DNA of 64,000 bases from Schizochytrium sp. TIO01 (taxonomy: Eukaryota; Protista; Bigyra: Labyrinthulomycetes): assembly GCA_004764695.1 (NCBI GenBank), contig SMSO01000035.1, positions 1,674,001 through 1,738,000 of the forward strand, given 5' to 3'. Positions 1 through 11,465 of the stretch are shown here, piece after piece (positions within the stretch are counted from its first letter, which is position 1; every line of letters begins with the position of its first letter). The position numbers and the translations under genes were made by a program. The notes under the pieces were generated by a model. It was not told where the DNA came from. It was given only the letters and a program-made list of their open reading frames with translations, and made no database searches.

Positions 1-472
1 GATGAAGGCTTTAGGTTTGATGAAGAAGGTTGATTCAAGAGTTAGCGAACTGCTCTCCTGGAGAATGAATTCCAGGACAGATGGATTTATTTAGTAATTA
101 GGGAGATTAAGACATTTTTGAAAGTGGTTAGAGATAATCGATGGGGTTAGGTTAATCCAACTTCTCCAAGCATCGATTCAAATTACACCATGCTTGGATG
201 TAGGTAATGTGTATTCACACTTTTAGTTATTGGCTCCGGCAGCCGCATGAGTCTGGCTGCCCATTCTTGCTCTATTGTAAAACTTATGTCTACTGGGGTT
301 CCATGAAGGGTCACCAAGAACCCTAGCAATGTTTTGTCCGCTAGTTCCTTCGATTGGAGATCTCAGCATGACCCTTCAATTGGCAATCTTAAAAACATCA
401 CTTTCTAATTGAGAAAATCAATTTGTACGATACTCTGCTTAAGCATGCTCTTCAAGTGAAGATAGTTGTTGC

Positions 473-1429
473 TTACTCCTTCTCAGAGTTATTTGAGGTA
501 TTGAAGTTTGAACTTGCTGCGGTCACGCGACTAGCGTTCTTTTTAGGTAGCCACGCCGCTGATGTGATCGCTAGTGTTCCAATCATATTGACCAAAGCAT
601 CAATTGGCTGCCCAATCCAAGTTGCCATACGCACGGCCCCTTCGCGTTGCTGAGGAGTGTATGAAACCATAGCCATAAAAATAAATGTTGACATAATTGT
701 GGTCGATGACCAGAGCAAATTTTTGCGAGCAGTAGCTCGCATTCTCTTCGATTGTACTGACATGATAGATGAAGCCTGGGCTGCCTTCATCTGCTGCCAA
801 ACAGGCTCTATAAACAAATATAAAAAGGCCAACGAAAGGCTAGAATCAATTGTTGTAAACATCATAGCGAGCCACCACGGGTGATCTTGATAGCAAACAT
901 CGGTGTAGATGATTTTGCCATTAATCAACAACCACATTATGATAATAAATCCTGGAATGTTATAAGTACCAAAGATACAAAAGTACCATAAATAACTCCC
1001 AAGCTTGCTTCGGTTGGAGATTGTTATCGATGCACTTGCACGCTTAAGAAAAATTGCGTAACTGAGTCCATTTCCTGCTACGTACGTTGTAGACGGCAAG
1101 GTACCAAGGATATTACAAATTCTCCATGCTGATTCAGGTGTTGGAATCAAAGTTAGACAAAGAGCAGTCAAAGAATTTAATGTCATGAAACATACGTGCA
1201 ATATAACCATTGTACAAATTTGTTTTTGGCCTTTTGTTCGCATTTTGTTTGATATAGTGAAATACGCGAGCATAATCAGTGCACATATTCCAAACACAGT
1301 AGTGATTCCATTACAGGCACCTTGAACCTTCAGAAGTGAATCAATCTGGTCTGTGTGAGTAAGGTTGCCATATTCTTCAGAGATGGTTGCCTCCTTTGTA
1401 CGAGCGATGTACTCATCAAAAAAACTCAT
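473..1429 (-). CDS. Orphan seven-transmembrane (GPCR-like) protein, paralog A
   Basis: Intronless 318-aa ORF with 7 hydrophobic segments, Cys at the top of TM3 (WRICN) and in ECL2 (DVCYQ), a basic third intracellular loop and an S/T/N-rich C-tail. Colinear motif sharing with 3351..4367. Confidence 0.8.
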   Translation of the reverse strand: MSFFDEYIARTKEATISEEYGNLTHTDQIDSLLKVQGACNGITTVFGICALIMLAYFTISNKMRTKGQKQICTMVILHVCFMTLNSLTALCLTLIPTPESAWRICNILGTLPSTTYVAGNGLSYAIFLKRASASITISNRSKLGSYLWYFCIFGTYNIPGFIIIMWLLINGKIIYTDVCYQDHPWWLAMMFTTIDSSLSLAFLYLFIEPVWQQMKAAQASSIMSVQSKRMRATARKNLLWSSTTIMSTFIFMAMVSYTPQQREGAVRMATWIGQPIDALVNMIGTLAITSAAWLPKKNASRVTAASSNFNTSNNSEKE

Positions 1430-3350
1430 TCTGCTTTGAATCCTTCTTTAGTACTCCAGATATAAGATGACCAAGGCTTAATAATTAAGTTTTGCTTTTG
1501 GGAATTGTTTGGCTTCTACTCTTTGTTGTAAACTGGACCTTGCAACGAGTATTTTTCATTATTTGAAAGACAATGAAAGTTGACCTGGTTTGTTCGATCA
1601 GAATATCAAGCTGTTCCGTTGTAGCTGAAGTGAGAAGTGAGGTTGAGGGGGATAGATCGCCAATGAAGTTCATATGACTTAACGATAAACTATCTATTTA
1701 GTTCAGATTAATGCAAGGTTTTGACGACCAGGACTAGGTTGAGAATCCTTCCAGTGTGGGGGAGGCTGTCAACTTCCTCCAACGAATGATTAAAAAAAAT
1801 ATTAAAAAACATTTTTGTCAACTTGACCGAAAGAATTTGGCACTCTCCCATTGACATAACTTGACCCCAAATTTAACTCTAGGACAGGGAACACCTAACA
1901 TACTAGAGTTACTTTAAGGTTGATAACTCTTTGTATCCGTCTTCAATCTTCTGAGCGTTGAGTCCAGAGCTGTTACAAAAACAAGAATTCGTTTGTACAC
2001 CTTTTTTTTTTCACTTTTAGTGATTGTGTGTACACTTGAAAATTCGCTAATGGTTACAGCTTCGTAATATTCGACCCCTTATACCTTATTCCTGGATAAA
2101 CTCTGAGGAGTCATAGACACGAGAGAATTATATTTGGGTGCATTTTCTTAAATAGATGTTGTTTGTAAATGGTATGTTTCTGAAATATTTATGACTACTT
2201 GCCTCTTTTGACTTAATAGTACATGTAAAACTCTTGTCAGAGACGTTGCACAACAACCAGGCTCTTTTCCAGTCAGATCAAACAGTTGTCTGGTTCCTCA
2301 ATCTCTCGGTCCAACTTTCTATCTTATTCTCTAGCTACATCATTGTCTTTCTCTACATTTAGTCAAGTCAATCCAAGTTCAGAGAGACAGAGAGACGAAG
2401 ACATACTCATCGTCTACTAGAAAGTGAAGCTTCATAGCATCTGGGAAAGGAGGCCAACCGCGAGAGTCTTACGTACTTCTGAGAGACTAGAGGAAGGGAA
2501 AATAGTAAAGCGCTGTGCTGACTCTAGCCTTGATTTTCAAAGATCGCCATTCTTTCAGTTTTAAATGCTAAGAACGTCTGAATTTAGTCCTGGCTTCTCA
2601 CTGCAGAATAGCTTGTGCAGTAAAGCGTGCAGAGGTAGTCTGGCAAGAATTTTAAACTCAGGAGAAAGGGAAAGAGGATGATATTTGAGTTATTGGGGTT
2701 TTGAGTCTATGGGGAATGTATGGACAGGAGAGCTAGGTTAGGTTAGGTTTGGCACTTGGCTGTATATTACTTCAATACTTCTGGATTTCCCAACGGTTGA
2801 ATCTTCATACAATATCCTTGACTATCAGTTCTAGTTACAGCTAGTGGCAATCTGTAGAACCCTTTTGCAATTGTATAAACTCTCATTTTATGTCCTTTTA
2901 AGCATTACTTGCGTCGATTTGAGTTTTACAATGGCTTTGCCAGGAACGCTTGCTGTGTTATATCTCATTTTTCTATAAGGGTCGATCTTAGTGTCTTCAT
3001 AAAAATAAGCAAGTTAGTCTTCTATGTAGTTTTGTAAAGTGAAAACCCAGAGCAACAGTGACTAACTTATGTAATATTGATGCATGAAATATTGCCATTG
3101 CTTGTGTACACTATTCTTCTCAATAGGCGAGGCTCCTCCTGCTCCATAGGATTTCATCGAAGCAGTGCATCAAGTACTTTGCGCATGGAGGAGTAAAGTG
3201 GTGTCTAAGATGATCCATATGAAAATTTGAAAGAAGAATAGGCATCTGTAAACAAAATTATATTTTGGTTCTATCGCTTTCCAGAAAAATTTAGAACCAA
3301 TTCGAGACTTTAGCTGGGGCATATGAGAAATATATTCTACGTAAGTGAAT

Positions 3351-4367
3351 CTATCCTTCTGATAATTCAGTTCCAGTGAGCTTAGTTGAGGCTTCAAGAT
3401 TTCCTGCACCAGTAGAGTACACTTTGCTCGCCGCTCCTGAAGCTCTTGAAAATCCATCAGGCGCCCACACGCCGCTTGTTATAGCCATGGAGGAAATCAT
3501 ATTAATGAGAGACACGATACATAATGCACCCCAAAACAGAAATCGCACATGGCAATTCTCTGGAGTAGGATCCTTTGTCGGAATAATTGTTACCATAAGC
3601 ATATACGCAGATGTTGAGCAAATAGAAATTGAAGAGCAAAGAAAGTTTTTCTTTGTAGTGTGCTTCATTTTTTGAGTATTACGAGAATTTGCAGAGCTTG
3701 TGGTATGCATGGTTTTAATTTGATTCAAAACAGGCTCGAGAAATACGTAAAGGAATGATGATGCAAGTGAGAGATCTGTAATATAGAAAATTAATGCAAG
3801 CTCCCATTGATGAAATTGTTGGCAAACTCCTTGATAGTACATCTTTCCATGAATTGTGAGCCAAACTATAACCAAAAAGCCTCCTACGCCGTAGGTACCC
3901 AAAACACAAAGTTGGTAGAGAGTGCTTGCTAGCTTACTTCTCCGTGAGAATGATGCACTGGCAGCTGCACGCTTAAGATAAATACCATACGTGAAACCAT
4001 TTGCACAAACATAAGTAAATACGGGAACGCTTCCTAACATAGAGCATGACAACCATGACGATTCATCGAATCTAGCCACAGCTCCAATCAGCACTGCGAT
4101 CGACAAACACATCATGAAAAAAATGTGCCCAATCAACAGGCGTAGTAAACTACGCTGGCGTGGTCCATTCTGTGGCTTGCGGTAGCCAACGAGGGAAACG
4201 TAGAGGAGTGAAATAAATGAGCAAACAAGAAGGAGGACACTTGTAATAGTCTGTAAACTTAAGAATCTCTCAGCATCTTCTGTCAATTCCCATAATTCGT
4301 CAGAGTATAGAGTGTTATTCTTGTTTCGAGCGACCGAGGTATCGACAAATGTTTGAAAACCTCCCAT
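3351..4367 (-). CDS. Orphan seven-transmembrane (GPCR-like) protein, paralog B
   Basis: First ATG at 4367 (MGGFQTF; the track starts at an upstream GTG). Seven TM segments. Shares NGxxYxIxLKRA, RSKL, GTY, GKxxYxxVCxQxHxWxLA, FLYxFxEPV and NMIxxxAITSxxWxP with paralog A. Confidence 0.8.
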   Translation of the reverse strand: MGGFQTFVDTSVARNKNNTLYSDELWELTEDAERFLSLQTITSVLLLVCSFISLLYVSLVGYRKPQNGPRQRSLLRLLIGHIFFMMCLSIAVLIGAVARFDESSWLSCSMLGSVPVFTYVCANGFTYGIYLKRAAASASFSRRSKLASTLYQLCVLGTYGVGGFLVIVWLTIHGKMYYQGVCQQFHQWELALIFYITDLSLASSFLYVFLEPVLNQIKTMHTTSSANSRNTQKMKHTTKKNFLCSSISICSTSAYMLMVTIIPTKDPTPENCHVRFLFWGALCIVSLINMISSMAITSGVWAPDGFSRASGAASKVYSTGAGNLEASTKLTGTELSEG

Positions 4368-7082
4368 GGTCAAAGTATTGTACACGAACTTGATTGACCT
4401 CTTCAGCGAGCCTCGAACTTGATTTCTTCAACCCCGGCTGATTTCTCAATTTCCAGATTTGCCATTTATTTTCCGACATAGAATTGGATTAGCATTTCGG
4501 AAAGTCAAGTAATTATTTTGTTCGGGCTACTTCGTAAGAAACACAAACAGATGTGATAGAATATAACCGTTTACTCGTGGACTCCTTAATATGCGGGATG
4601 CAAAACACATCCGCTAGACTCTTGTGCGTTTCCTGTAGATTTAGTGACTTTCCATTAGGAAATGTCCCAAGCTATTGAGGAACTAAATTGTACCATATTT
4701 TGGTGGTGTTGTGTCCTTCCTTCAGAGGAATGTACTTTCCCCCAAACTTCCAAGTCATGAAAACTGTCCGTTGAGACTCTTTCACGAACAGGTACGTAGT
4801 AGGCTATATTTATGTAATATTACATTCAGACTCACCTCCGTATAATGCAACCATGAAGTGACATTGGTACCTATTTGCAAAAGGAAGCGAGGCAATAAAG
4901 ATTCTTCTATTTCGCTGGTTTGTCGAGTGCGGTCACGCAACAGAACAGTCTCTTTCGGGTTGTGCTTAGATTGCCCATATCGCTTGATTGTTAAAAAGAC
5001 GGAGCTATCCTTTACAACGGACCGAATTATATTGCAACCTAACGGTTTGAAGATTAAGAGTGTTAACTTTTGAGGTTTTATTGATCCAGTTAGTAACCTT
5101 CTTATGTATCTGTGCCTAGTGATGAAAGAGCTTGAAGTTCACATTTTTGTCTGAGGCCTTGGTTTAAATGCCGGAGCCAACTATTTGTGACAAGACAGTA
5201 AAACTATTTCCGGCAGCTGGGTAGAATGCTATACGTGGCGAAACAAAATTCAATGCCAGCAATTGTTTATGTTTTTGTGCATTCCCCATCACCGGCCACT
5301 GCTCATGGAAAAACCAGGCTTTAATTTGTTAGAGGTGCCGTCCGGGTCATGGGATAATAACGACTATTACTACCTCAACCATGTAAGATCTCACTTTGAG
5401 ACCGTTGCTATTCACCTTTGCTATTTACTTCAATTCATGAACGGTTCTTCGTTGCTTACCCCGTCATTGTCTCTTACTCATTTGTCATTACCTTATATAG
5501 TCCCAAACGCATCTTCCTTTTCAAATTTAAATTTAAAAATTTAAAATTTTAACGATTCTAATCTCAGGGTCAGCAATTCGGTTGGTGGAGTTGAATGATA
5601 GGGTGATTGACTAATCTGCGTTTTTATAGTACTCTAAGTTCCGGGTCGTAAAGAGCCATAACAATTTTCTTTCCATCTCCAAAAACGCGTCGAACAAAAG
5701 TGCCAGACTCAGATCCTCCAGGGCCTCCTTTTCCCAATCCCAACGTATTTATAAACAGAAACTGAAGAGAAAAAAAAAAGAACCACAACTTGTATTGTAT
5801 ACTATAGATGTGCTTGGCTATTCGAGATGACTACGGTGTAAGATTGATGGGGAAATATTTGTAGATGGTTCTTTATGGGTCTGTTGTGTTTTCCATGTTT
5901 CTGTGGTTCACTCTCAAGCGTCCATAAGAACTTATATGGCATACAGCTCTAGGAAAGCCGAAATTGGTACATAGAACAAGCCTTGCAATGCAAAAACTCC
6001 ACACTTTCATGTTTCCACCAAACGCCAGAATAGCAACCTGAGAGCTGCACCTCATCCTCCACGCATCTTATCTTTCCGAATCAGCGGCCCTCTCTTTGTT
6101 GGATTTGATTGATCCGCTGCAGCTACTCTCCAGGTTATGAAATTTGTTCTAGGCTCATTTAGAAGGAAAGCTCTCTAGCAGTGAATGTTCGATTTTGAAA
6201 TTGGCCTAAGCAATCTCTCAAAGATAATAGGTTGCCAAGTAGCGCGTAGAAATTGCAAGAAACAAAGTCTTAATGTAAAATTGTGATTTTAAGTCTATAA
6301 CAATCTCAATATGAAGCTCGCATCGCAGAGATAGACAAAAAGATACTACATTAAAATTGCCCTTCAGTTTTGAGGTGCTACTTTTTATATTTTATTTTTT
6401 ATTTTTTATTACAAATAATTAAACAGTAGGCAGTAACAGTAACCAACTTACTACCTGCTTAGTAGACACTACCCAAATACCTTTAGATTCATGGAAAGGC
6501 TCTCTAGAGGCCTACTGAAGTTCTACGCATTACTAAAGAGCCCATACTATTTGCCTAAATTCCGGAAGGCCGGAGAACCAGACATGCGTTCAGCTCTTCA
6601 TCCTCTCTCTTGCGACACAGTGTATTTTGTCCATATAAATAGCTATTCTAGTCTGTGTCTGCTATGAATTTCTGGTTTCCCTGAGTCCAGCTCTTTTGCC
6701 CTTGCTTCTTTTAGTATCTCCATCTTCCTTGTTGCTTTCTATTTTAATCATTATAATTAAACTCTGTCAACTTGCATGAGTGTTTGTTTTGAGCTACTAC
6801 TCCTTTGAAGATATTGCTTTGGAATAACTTTTAACTAAGAAAGAAAGGAGCTTCACGATTGACGCAGTGTCCAGCTCCGCCGCCGCTCTTAGAAATAGAG
6901 AATACGGGTTGTGGTCTTCGAAATCGTAGACAATGGTCCTGCTGCCGGGGATAAATAGTCATGAGCCAGAACAACTCCAGTCGGAGTGCCATGGTTTGTT
7001 TGACTTTCGTGCTCTCAGCATCTGCCTGGCAAGAAGGACGGCCCTGTCTGTAGAAACCATATGAGCGCCCAAAAATGACAAC

Positions 7083-7131
7083 GCTGATGCTGACGCGGAT
7101 GCTAATGCTGATGCTAATGCTGATGCTGATG
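7083..7131. repeat. Imperfect hexamer repeat (GCTRAT)n
   Basis: gctgatgctgacgcggatgctaatgctgatgctaatgctgatgctgat. Confidence 0.75.
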
Positions 7132-8323
7132 ACAGACAGCCTCAATCAACGGTAGAAGACACCTGAGTTTAATCTGAGCTTGGAATTGATTGGCATTGCG
7201 ATCCTCCCGTGCCTGACAAACAGCACGTGCCTGTGGAAACATCACAATCTACATTGACAAGGCTATAAGTAAATAAAAGTGTCCAAAGTCAACATGCTCG
7301 CTCTTCGTCGTGATCCGCATCATCTTCGTCGCTAATGTCTGTATATCTGATCGAGTGGTCGGCTTGTTTGCTGCCCGCTTGGCTCTTGGGGCCTTCGTTG
7401 GCTCTTTGCGGCGATCCTAACTCGAGCTGCTCTCTTGGTTTAGAGAATCAGGCACCAAGAAAGAGTTGATGACGACTTTTGTAGTTGAGTTACTATTTGT
7501 TTTGATAATAATTGTACTATGGAAATACTTATTATTCCATACTATGATGAAGTTTTCAATGTAGAATTACCATCCAGGTAGAGATGAAGCCTGCCTTTGT
7601 AAATGGGGGCCTCTGCAATGATGAGAGGCGAAGTGAGCCGCGAAATGTGACTCAAACCTCTATAGGCGGTGGGTGGATTCAAGCGTACGCGCAGTCTCAA
7701 GGATTACGATCAACTTGAGACTTGGAGACATGACCCTTTCCTTTCAAGCTCTCATGAATTGAAAAGGAGCTATCTTTTTATTTATTTTTTTTCCTTCTCT
7801 TTTTTGATCAAGCTTATTGAGTGCTACTGGTATCTGGTATAAAACAGTGGTTGAAGAAACTTACAAATTTTAGCAAATCTGCACGAGCGAGCGATCATGC
7901 ATGCGAGTTTGAGCAACATGCAGGACCTCGACAAGGCTCTCGAACAAACCAATTCCGAATTAACAATTGTCGCTGCCCACACTCGCGCTACGCGCTTGCA
8001 CCTGCCTGTGTCTTGCGCTTCGCAAAGCAAAGTTCAAACTTGAAGTCGTGCACGTGCCGAGTGGCTCAACATTCGACATTCGACTTCGGGGGACCTAGAG
8101 TAGCTTGAGGACAGATCGCAAAACATCAATATCGATCAGCGAGGTATTCTGAGCAATCTTGTGCTGACTCGAGCAGCTTGGGTGGAGATTCTTCAGAAAA
8201 GGAGTTACTTCGGACGAACCAGTAATTGATCGAGAGAGACCAATTAAATCATTGTTTTAAGAGAGCCCAGAATCTATACATTATCCTGCAGTTTTCATTA
8301 CGCGTCGAACAAAGCAGCAAGAA

Positions 8324-9094
8324 ATGCGGTATTCTTCTTCGCGGAGCACCTATATGGCACCAGTTTATTATGACTTCTCCGCACCATCTCCAGATGCTGT
8401 GTCGAAAGCAATCTCCGACGGGACTTCAGCACCACTCTCACGAAGAGCCCGTCAACACCTAATTCGAGTTTACACAACACTAGCTGTAGGCGGGCTCATT
8501 GCTGCTCTCGGTGTGTATGTATTCTCACGCTCTCAAATCGCAACATTCTTACCCATGATTGGTAGCGTTCTCTGCGTGGTTGCCATGCCACAATTCGAGG
8601 ACGAGGTAGCTAGACTCGGCATTTTTGGCCTTTTGGCATTTTTACAAGGTCTCACAATTGGAGGTCTCGTGGAATTTGCGCTTGACGTAGATCCAGTTCT
8701 CCCCTTAGTTGCTCTATTCTTGACTGCGATTGTCTTTGGAGCCTTTTCAGTAGCGGCACTTTACTCTGAGAAGAGGGACATGTTGTACCTCGGAGGTACC
8801 TTGTACTCTCTACTTGGTATGCTCACAATTGTGGGATTCCTAAATATCTTTCTGAGATCGCCGTTGCTATCCATGTTTCGCCTCTATGGCGGCTTTATGG
8901 TCTTCTGTGGCTACGTGTGCTTCGATACGCAACTCATCCTTATCAAATATGATCTGGGGGACCGGGACTATATTTACCACGCCATGGCGCTCTTTGTAGA
9001 TATGGTTGGCCTCTTCGTGCGGCTAGTCACGATTCTTCTCCAGAATCACGAAGACAACGTACGGCGCCGCAGCAGATCGCGCAGCAGGTATTGA
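8324..9094 (+). CDS. BI-1: Bax inhibitor-1 / TMBIM6 family membrane protein
   Basis: HLIRVYTTL, RDMLYLGGTL, GYVCFDTQLI and GDRDYIYHAMALFVDMVGLFVRLVTIL match BI-1 hallmarks; basic C-tail. Confidence 0.93.
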   Translation: MRYSSSRSTYMAPVYYDFSAPSPDAVSKAISDGTSAPLSRRARQHLIRVYTTLAVGGLIAALGVYVFSRSQIATFLPMIGSVLCVVAMPQFEDEVARLGIFGLLAFLQGLTIGGLVEFALDVDPVLPLVALFLTAIVFGAFSVAALYSEKRDMLYLGGTLYSLLGMLTIVGFLNIFLRSPLLSMFRLYGGFMVFCGYVCFDTQLILIKYDLGDRDYIYHAMALFVDMVGLFVRLVTILLQNHEDNVRRRSRSRSRY

Positions 9095-11280
9095 GAAAAC
9101 TCACGTTAATGGTGCCCTAGTCTGGCAGTAATGCAGAACAACTGACGCAACGCAAGACCAGATTTAGATAACGACGAGTATCGTCTTTTCGCTTGGGATG
9201 CTGACAACGAGGGTCAGCTCCTAGCAATGTACTACAACCTCTCTCCCCGAAATGTCTTAGGTAAGTAGACATTTTCTTAGAATCATGCAAATGCGCATGG
9301 GTTCTACTTCGTAATTACTCACGGCGTAAATCCTTAATGCTTAGAGTAAACGAATGAGAACCTTCGAAGCTGAACTACTACCATCCATCATTTCACCCTT
9401 CTTGCTGAAAACAAAAGTAACTACGACTTTTGTCGAACACTTTAATAATGACTAGAAATCATAACTTTGCTAGAGTATTTTCTGTCAATTTTCCACTTTG
9501 CCGAACAAGATTTAAGAATCTCGGAAATACATTTGCAGCACCAGTACGATTCGCCTTTCGTAATTATCACTTTCAACATGCTCTATCTGACTTGTAACTT
9601 TAAGTTATCTGGTTGCGATCAGAAGAGACCGACTACCGGCTCAGAAACAGAATAGTCAGACTATGCTCCTTTGATCTTTGCGTGTTATGACAGTCTCGAG
9701 TCCTATGCAGTAAGCGATATTGTTGAATCAAGTAGGTGAAGGGGCAAAATCCCAAAGTACTATATCCATGTATATTAATTGTAGTCTAAAGTATTTGAGT
9801 TAAGGGCAAGAACTTAGCCTTGTAAATACACACGAGTTTGTGTGTCGAACGCATTCTTGATCAATTCTTTCAGTCTTGAAATTTCGAAATCTTGCGCTTG
9901 TGCTTGGCTTCATTTTTTCGTATTTTTATCTTGTTCGCATAGTCAAAGTCAAGTAAACCAGCTCCGACCATGACCGTCTTACAAGACCGTGCAGTTCATA
10001 CTGGCATTTGGTCAGTTCAGCTTAAACATAGCCAGTCACCCAGTCACCCAGTCAGTCAACCAGCTAGCCAGCTAGCCAGCCAGGCAGCCAGTCAGCCCAC
10101 TATCCCGTTCGCCTGGACGTCTACTCCGCCTAATATGTTGGCATAGAGCTGGTTTCTTCTGATTCTAAGCCTGCCAGATGTCAAAAGAGCCAACTAGGGT
10201 ATTTTGGTCCCTACCAGTCAATCATGAAGTCCGCCTGCGCACTTTACCAGACAAAAGGAGAATTGTCCACGGAGCCACGAGAATGTTCAGGACGTATCAA
10301 TGCAAAGCTCCGACAGTTTTAGTAGGGATTGATTGATCTTGCTGGAGGTCGAGCTGGATTTTCACTATCGAGCTAGAGAGTTTATCAAAATTCAGCAGCA
10401 GTTCTTTGGTGTCGCACGCTGTAAGCCACAATTGAGTCCAAGCCTGACCGAAGTCGAAGCTTCCATAATCACTAGAGTAGAATGGTGACTTGAGTGATAA
10501 CCGATCTAAGATTCCTTACTTTTGCATCCCTTCGCGTCATTAATGTCAAAGAGAAGTTCTTGTAGGAGCTTTGTGACTCAGATTCCTCGCGCATCTATAT
10601 ATTCTTCAGTACTTCTCTAGAGAGCTGTGATACTCTAGCTCTAGATAGTATTTGTTACCAGGTGCCTAGCAGTGTCTACCTACCTACTGTACTGTATAGA
10701 TAATTCTGGTTACTTTTCACCTACCCTACACACCTTGCAATCGAGAGTGGTCTAGTGCTCGGCCAATTCCCTGCCTTTGTTTGTTTTGCTTCTGATTCTG
10801 TTGGGTCATCGGTATGTTTCCTCTGCACATAGCTCGAGCATGGGCGGCGCATGCGCAGAAGGGATCATGCCCTGGGTTTCCTCCTCGATTGCTTCTCGAT
10901 TGGAAAGGGTGAATTCTTGCCCAATCCAAGAAATGTGAACCTCTCTAATTCAGCTCACCCCTCATGTCCCGAGTTCGAGTTCTTGGCGATCGAGTCGCGA
11001 CTCAATCCAAACAAAACCTCGCGCCCTTACGCGCTGCGCGAGCTGCCTGCAATCACCCCGGCTGCTCGAAACGCGACTCGGGAGGCCAGCGGTGCCCTGG
11101 CTGCTCGCCAAACGTCTGTTCGAAGAACTCCTCAAACGCAAGCTCGCGCCTTTGAAAGCGTTTTCTGTGTCTCGCGAATTCTTCATTTCACAAATGTGCT
11201 GGTACTGATCAGGCTGCGCCTCCGCGTTGGCGTTGGGCAGAGCTGCTCTTGGAGTACGAGCGGAGCGGAGACGAGCACGA

Positions 11281-11312
11281 ATTCGAAATCGAAATCGAAA
11301 TCGAAATCGATT
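11281..11312. repeat. (TCGAAA)n hexamer repeat
   Basis: ttcgaaatcgaaatcgaaatcgaaatcgatt. Confidence 0.85.
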
Positions 11313-11417
11313 GACCTTTCTCGAGGCAAGATCTGCTGCGCGTTTGGGGTGTTGACCTCGATTGTGGCGGACTGGAGGACCTGGAAACTGCTCGGACAGC
11401 CGGCGGCCGCTCGATCT

Positions 11418-11465
11418 GGCTTCGATTCCAATCGGCTTCGATTCCAATCGGCCTCGATTCCAATC
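11418..11465. repeat. 3 x 16-bp tandem repeat GGCYTCGATTCCAATC
   Basis: Three adjacent copies with a single mismatch. Confidence 0.9.
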
